Source: Trichomonas gallinae
Lineage: Eukaryota
Assembly: GCA_008369845.1 (NCBI GenBank)
Contig: MRSU01011330.1
Location: 1-45,615 of the forward strand
Direction of reading: 5' to 3'
Length of the DNA stretch: 45,615 bases
A model generated the notes under the pieces. It was not told the origin of the DNA, made no database searches, and saw only the letters and a list, made by a program, of their open reading frames with translations. Within the stretch, counting starts at the first letter, position 1. Each line of letters opens with the position of its first letter. This document shows positions 40,247-45,615 of the stretch, one piece after another. The translations under genes were made by a program, and so were the position numbers.

Positions 40247-43141
40247 TCATGCGGCTTCAAAAGGCATGGTAAATGAAACAGAATCAGCTGCAATCTTTTC
40301 GCGCATCGCAAAAATGTTGATCATCGAGTTCATTTGATCATTGTTGATCTCGCTTGTAATTCTGAAGTATGGGCTATTTTCAATAACTTTGAGGTCCACA
40401 TACTGCAATATGTGCCTGTACATCGTGAATCCTGTGCTTAGATCGCATTTCAACAAAGAGTTTCTGAGTTTGACAGCGAACTCTAATATCTTCAACCTGA
40501 GAGGTCCATCCAAGCTCTGAATAAGCTTTGGAATGAATTTGAAATACCTCGTCTTGAGAAATACGAAGAGCGGACTTATCGAATCCATGATTCCTGTAAT
40601 GACTTTTTCGAAGTTGTCGAGGACAGGCAAAGCAATGATGTCTTCAACCATTGACGTCGTTTCGCAAATGTACTTCATCAACTGCTGGAGAGAGACAACC
40701 TCCTTGCTCTGTCTTCCTGTCGAGTTTAGTAGAGCTTTCCATGAGTTGGCGACTTGCTTATCTGTCATCGAAGGCGTGACAACACGAATGAAGTCGGTGT
40801 ATTCGCCAAAGCCAATTCTTGCGCCAGCTTGGGAACCGATCAGTAAGAAAATGTCTGCAATCGCTTTGTGGAATTTCCTATGGAAGTCGTTGAAGATGTA
40901 AATCATTTCTTCTGCGAAGTCCCAGAAACTAATGAGCTCTGGGTGTCCCTTTATTGGGGCTTCACTGATTAATCTCTTTTTAACATCAGCTGGAAAAGTT
41001 CCCGTTTTGATCATCCTTGTTACGTATTTGTCTAACAATGATTCGTGAATCGTAAACAGCTCCTTGTCATTGACAATCTCAAGATCTTCTATAACAGTCT
41101 GCACTGGCGGGTAAATATTGTTCGCGCAGTTTGTGAGCAGCATGTTGAAGAACAGATAGTCAGATATTGAGAATTTGTGGCTAACAAATTTCATGAAGAA
41201 CTGGACAGTTTTTGACATCTCCTGGTAGTGATATAATGCTTCCATGAGGCTGCTGACAAGTCTGTCAAGAACGGCAGTGTTCTTTCCGCTGTCTGACAAA
41301 ACATTGCTGATTATCTCGCTGAAGCTCCTGTCGCTGTCTTCAAGCGTGCAGTACTGAAAACCGTTTTGAAGAATCGTTAGGATATAGTTAAGAGCCCAAG
41401 AAAATGATTTATTGGACTTTTGGTCGCGTTTGATCATCGAACGGCCTTCTTCGAAGCTTGTGTCTCGAGCATCAGCGGGCTTCGTGTAAAGTAGCTGATA
41501 AATGAACTGAATTGTCGCATCATTCTTTTCGTTTATGACAATATCAACATCGTGTTCCAAAGCTTTGACTTCTTCTTCAATTTTTGGCTTTTTTTCTGTC
41601 TTTGGTTTTTCTACAATTTTTGGTTTTTCTTCGGTTTTAGACTTTTCATCAATTACTTTAGTTTCTTCTTGTGTGGCAAATGTAACTTTTGGCATCTGCT
41701 TGTTTAGATAACTGTTGTTTGGAATGATTGTTTCCATTTTATCAGGTTTAGTCGGTGCAAACTTTGGAATTGTGTGTGGGTGAAGATTGATTTTGGAAGA
41801 GTTTTCTATCGCATCTATGCCTCCACTCATCTGAGTAGCGATTCTCCTAAACCTATTCTTGCTTTCCATTTTAACGAGGGAAATCCTGGAATCGTTATCT
41901 TCAGAGGCGAGGATAGAATCAACTGCATCGAGTTCAAGCAGTGTTTGAGATGATGTATTGTCATCTGTGGACATTGCGCGCTTTCTTAGCGCAGCCATCT
42001 TCTTACTTGTTGACTTGTCTTTGTCAGAGCAGCATTGTGTCTCTGTGTCTGAGTATGTTGGCTTCTTTGATAATTCAATAATTTTCTGTTCAAGGTTTTC
42101 GATTGTAATTGTAGCTTGTGCATAGTCATTAGCAGCTTTTTGGTACATTGGATAGAATCCAGCGCCTTCTGACTCGTATTTTGCAAGTAATAAATTCAAT
42201 TCATCAATATTCTTAGCTTGATCATCAATTGTCTTATTCATTGAAACACATTTGTGTTCTAATTCGTCTTTTGTTTCTAATAGCTTCTTAATCTTAATAT
42301 TAGACAAATCATTAATATGTTGCATTTCTTCTATCGAAATTAGCGCGTCTTTCTTCAGATTTTCTTCGTTGTAGAGTTTATCGCTTGCAATTCGAAGTTC
42401 TGTTTGTAGTATTTTGACTTGGTTATCTGAATCTGATGCTTTTTTAGATACTGAGTTATTTAAAGTATTCATTTCACCAATTCTTTTCTCTAATTCTGCT
42501 ATTTCTTCTTTTAAGCGTTGTATAACAACTTCATAAGATTTTGAAAGTTCAGGAAGAACTTGAAGGATATTCTGCATCACTCCTTTAATAATGATTATGA
42601 CTTGTGCATAGTCCTTATTGTACTCTTTCAATTCCAAAGCAAAATCATTTATCAAATAATACAATTCAGCCAATTCGTAAGAAATTGATTGATTATACTT
42701 TGATGGATCCTTGATTTCAGAGATACCAAAATTGTTTTGAATCTTTAAAAACTGTTCTAGCATTGATCCTGATAATTTTTTGGCGTTTGTTAGGCATACA
42801 TGTGTATTTGTTAACTTCCCTGCGTTTTCCTTAAGACTTATAAGAGAATCATTTGATGCATTCTTAAATAGAGCCGATTTTTCAAAAGATGAATACGATT
42901 GAACAGGCTTTGGTTTAGATGTAACTGGCTTCTTTATAGAAGGTTTTGGCACCTTATCTTTTGCAACTGGTATCGGAGCCAATCTGTCGACAACTTCTTG
43001 GACATTTTTAACTGATTTTGTTTTGTTTTCGTTTTCAAGATTTTTCTTAGGTACTTCTTTGATCAGCCCACTAGCGAGCAACCCATCAATCAAAGATGGA
43101 GGAGGGCCTTGCGCAAAATAAGAATCATTCCTATAAGTCAT
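40247..43141 (-). CDS. Coiled-coil protein with C-terminal helical/EF-hand-like region (possibly TSNAXIP1-like architecture), 964 aa
   Basis: Long heptad coiled coil about aa 200-365, low-complexity linker with EKPK repeats, C-terminal segments ARIGFGEYTDFIRVVTPSMTDKQV and VSLQQLMKY resembling degenerate EF-hands; first ATG at 43141 (the ORF track start at 43162 is GTG). Confidence 0.7.
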   Translation of the reverse strand: MTYRNDSYFAQGPPPSLIDGLLASGLIKEVPKKNLENENKTKSVKNVQEVVDRLAPIPVAKDKVPKPSIKKPVTSKPKPVQSYSSFEKSALFKNASNDSLISLKENAGKLTNTHVCLTNAKKLSGSMLEQFLKIQNNFGISEIKDPSKYNQSISYELAELYYLINDFALELKEYNKDYAQVIIIIKGVMQNILQVLPELSKSYEVVIQRLKEEIAELEKRIGEMNTLNNSVSKKASDSDNQVKILQTELRIASDKLYNEENLKKDALISIEEMQHINDLSNIKIKKLLETKDELEHKCVSMNKTIDDQAKNIDELNLLLAKYESEGAGFYPMYQKAANDYAQATITIENLEQKIIELSKKPTYSDTETQCCSDKDKSTSKKMAALRKRAMSTDDNTSSQTLLELDAVDSILASEDNDSRISLVKMESKNRFRRIATQMSGGIDAIENSSKINLHPHTIPKFAPTKPDKMETIIPNNSYLNKQMPKVTFATQEETKVIDEKSKTEEKPKIVEKPKTEKKPKIEEEVKALEHDVDIVINEKNDATIQFIYQLLYTKPADARDTSFEEGRSMIKRDQKSNKSFSWALNYILTILQNGFQYCTLEDSDRSFSEIISNVLSDSGKNTAVLDRLVSSLMEALYHYQEMSKTVQFFMKFVSHKFSISDYLFFNMLLTNCANNIYPPVQTVIEDLEIVNDKELFTIHESLLDKYVTRMIKTGTFPADVKKRLISEAPIKGHPELISFWDFAEEMIYIFNDFHRKFHKAIADIFLLIGSQAGARIGFGEYTDFIRVVTPSMTDKQVANSWKALLNSTGRQSKEVVSLQQLMKYICETTSMVEDIIALPVLDNFEKVITGIMDSISPLFVFLKTRYFKFIPKLIQSLDGPLRLKILEFAVKLRNSLLKCDLSTGFTMYRHILQYVDLKVIENSPYFRITSEINNDQMNSMINIFAMREKIAADSVSFTMPFEAA

Positions 43142-43781
43142 TGTAAAATTTTGATAACTCACGTTATTTTTTCATTCAATTTCTTCGTTTTGTAAATAAC
43201 ACATGATGCATTAATATCAACAAAAAAATTGAAATATCAGATTCAAATGAACACATTCAATTTTTCAATAATTATCAAAAAATTCAATGAGTTGAAAATA
43301 TAATAAACAATAGTCCAAATATAAGATTTTGATCAAAATGTTTTTGTTAAGTTCAGAAATTTCAACAAACAAAGAAAATCAAATTAAACTAATATATACC
43401 TGTTTGCCATATTTTTGTGTATTTAGCAAAACAATCATTTTGATGGGTGCAAAACTTTGTGATTTTGGAGATAACTGCAAAGTGACAAGCTGGATCATAC
43501 CCTGAATAACATTTCGTTTTCATTTTAAAAAAGATGATAGATTAATGGAACAATTCGGGACGACAATATACAATTTTTCCACTAAATATATTATTACTAT
43601 AAGATTTATAACGATATATTTCTAGGTTGGCAACACAAAACAAGATATTTCTTGTATTGAAATAAATTTATTTGAATAATAAAGCAAATGTTATATGGAT
43701 TTGTATTCATATCAATTGGTGGTAAAATAAATTAATTGAATTAAGTGTTAACTTTTTAAAACAAACAAAATATAGCTAAAA

Positions 43782-45002
43782 TTACTTCTGATAGAAGCTA
43801 TCCATCACAGATTTCGCGCTGCTTGCGCGTCTGACTTTCTTTGTTGGGATAAGTGGAATTCCACGACCAGGAACAAGTGGTCTAAGCTTCATCTTATTCA
43901 AAAGAGAATTCTGCTGATGTGTTAGCTGATGTTGCTCATTATCATTCTGCTGCTTTGGTTGCTGTGATATGATATTGAAGAAAGCTGAAGAAGATCCAGA
44001 TCTATACAGTGGCATCGGCTCGCTTTCTGTGCTTGTTTCCGAATCTTCGCCGTAATTTCCTTCAGTGAGTAAAATATTGTAGCAAGCAGTCTTTTCTGTG
44101 AACAACTTTGCTTTAAGCTCACCAATAACAAGCTGCTTCTGGAAGCCAATAGCTTCTAGCTGGTGAATAATATCCGTCTTGATATGCATTTCAGTGTTTG
44201 CGTTGTTTGGTGTAGGCAATTTAAGCAAATATGGGTGCTCCATGATCTCTTCAAGAGTGATCCTGTCATCTTGATCCTTATTAAGCATTTTAATAATCAA
44301 ATCTTTGGCTTCTGATGGAACATTAGAAGGAATGATTGGTTTCATTGAGAGGATGTTCATGAACAAATCACTCTGTATTTCATCCTCAAAAGGAAAAGAG
44401 TCAGTCAATAATTTGTATAGGATTACACCACAGCGCCAAATTGTGGTCGCAGCTGGTTTGGATACGTTTCTTATTTCTTCTGGAGATACGTAAAACAAGT
44501 GGCAATTCTTGGAAAGCGACTTTTCAGTTGAATCGTAAAACTGGCAGTTCTCTAAGTCGAAGAGCTTAAGGGTATTGTTTTGTGACAATGAGAAAACGCC
44601 AGATTCAAGATTGCCATGGAAAACTTGTATGTTTGTATCGAGATACCTAATAGCGTGAATAATTTGAGAAAACCAGAGCCTAGCTTGATCCCTTGGGATA
44701 CTCTTGTGGTTAGAAAGGTAAGTTTCAAAGTTTTGTTTGTTTAAATGCTCCATTACAATGAAAGACATTTCATCTTCTTCAAAGTATTGGTAAAATTTGG
44801 CGATGTAGGGGTCATTAGATATACTGTGTATCCTCACCTCTTGACCGATTAAGTATTCTTCTACAAGTGGCTTCGAAATAACTTTGATAAGAACCTGTGG
44901 CTCAACCTTCAGATGTTTCGCATGCCATAATTCGTAATAGTTCGTGCACTTGATCATTTCGGTAAACAGATACTGGCCATGGATGCTGTTATCTTCAATC
45001 AT
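43782..45002 (-). CDS. CAMK-group (CAMKL-like) pseudokinase with UBA-like region, 406 aa
   Basis: Kinase fold with VLIK, YVSPE, WRCGVILY.LL...FPF and AKDLI.KML......RITLEEIMEHPY, but HRD is HGN, DFG is DLE and the glycine loop is lost; post-kinase IIHQLEAIGF...TACYNIL is UBA-like. TCACTTT initiator-like motif at 45012-45018 on the minus strand. Confidence 0.85.
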   Translation of the reverse strand: MIEDNSIHGQYLFTEMIKCTNYYELWHAKHLKVEPQVLIKVISKPLVEEYLIGQEVRIHSISNDPYIAKFYQYFEEDEMSFIVMEHLNKQNFETYLSNHKSIPRDQARLWFSQIIHAIRYLDTNIQVFHGNLESGVFSLSQNNTLKLFDLENCQFYDSTEKSLSKNCHLFYVSPEEIRNVSKPAATTIWRCGVILYKLLTDSFPFEDEIQSDLFMNILSMKPIIPSNVPSEAKDLIIKMLNKDQDDRITLEEIMEHPYLLKLPTPNNANTEMHIKTDIIHQLEAIGFQKQLVIGELKAKLFTEKTACYNILLTEGNYGEDSETSTESEPMPLYRSGSSSAFFNIISQQPKQQNDNEQHQLTHQQNSLLNKMKLRPLVPGRGIPLIPTKKVRRASSAKSVMDSFYQK

Positions 45003-45615
45003 CCAAAAAATAAAGTGAAATTGAGAGTGATGTCAAAAATTTTATTGTATCTTATTATATAGGATGTTTAAAGCCATGGATAGTAAAATATGTAAAGTTA
45101 TCAAAAGTGGTGATGATTCAAAATATAAACGTGCCGCGCAGTTTTTATATTATTTTTGGACAATATATTTCTAGTCGATTTGTCAATGACATGTTTGTCA
45201 CTTTTTAAATTAATCATGCTGAATTTTGATATATTTAAATAATTGGCATGTATGAGAGTGAAGATTATTCAAATTATTGAGAAGTTATCAATTCTTTTGA
45301 GATGTTTATAAATACCTTTTTATAATTTCAAAGCTTGAAACTTTCATTGAATTATTATTCAACATTTTGATTAACATTCGATTATCTCCTTGATATATCA
45401 TTGTTTCAGATATTATCTAAGATTTTACGCCATTTACGCTCAGCTTTTCAAATTTTATCAAGTCTGTTTTTTGATATATAATAAGGAAAAGGAAACTAAA
45501 TCAATTAAATATTCTTTTCAAAAGTTGAAAATCTGAGAGTAGTATATGATGCGGGCTACTTGTCATTCTAGATATAGAGGATGTATCCCAACAACGATAT
45601 TTAGACTACATATCC

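Overview
Gene-dense, apparently intronless eukaryotic DNA read in the standard genetic code. Short AT-rich intergenic spacers, TCA(T/C)(T/A) initiator-like and AAAGTGAC motifs, a DUF3447-type ankyrin protein, a BEACH protein and CAMK kinases point to a trichomonad/parabasalid (Trichomonas-like); the species is an inference. In order: tRNA-Gln(TTG), a truncated HYDIN-like protein, a ConA/PH-BEACH-WD40 protein, a TOM1/GPR137-like 7TM protein divergently paired with a METTL13/EEF1AKMT4-like methyltransferase across a 111-bp promoter with four AAAAGTGAC copies, a CAMK kinase, a 257-bp inverted-repeat element (MITE or structured RNA), a 1888-aa disordered SPY-repeat protein, a Rad17/RFC-like ATPase, a 1401-aa HEAT protein, a 1343-aa helical protein (weakly Furry/Tao3-like), an ankyrin protein, a coiled-coil protein and a CAMK pseudokinase. 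The most notable observation is that the 1401-aa protein at 28526-32731 carries five motifs, in the correct order, that match N-HEAT and C-HEAT segments of huntingtin as I recall them, suggesting a less-than-half-size huntingtin-like protein. All family calls are by eye; no searches were run.
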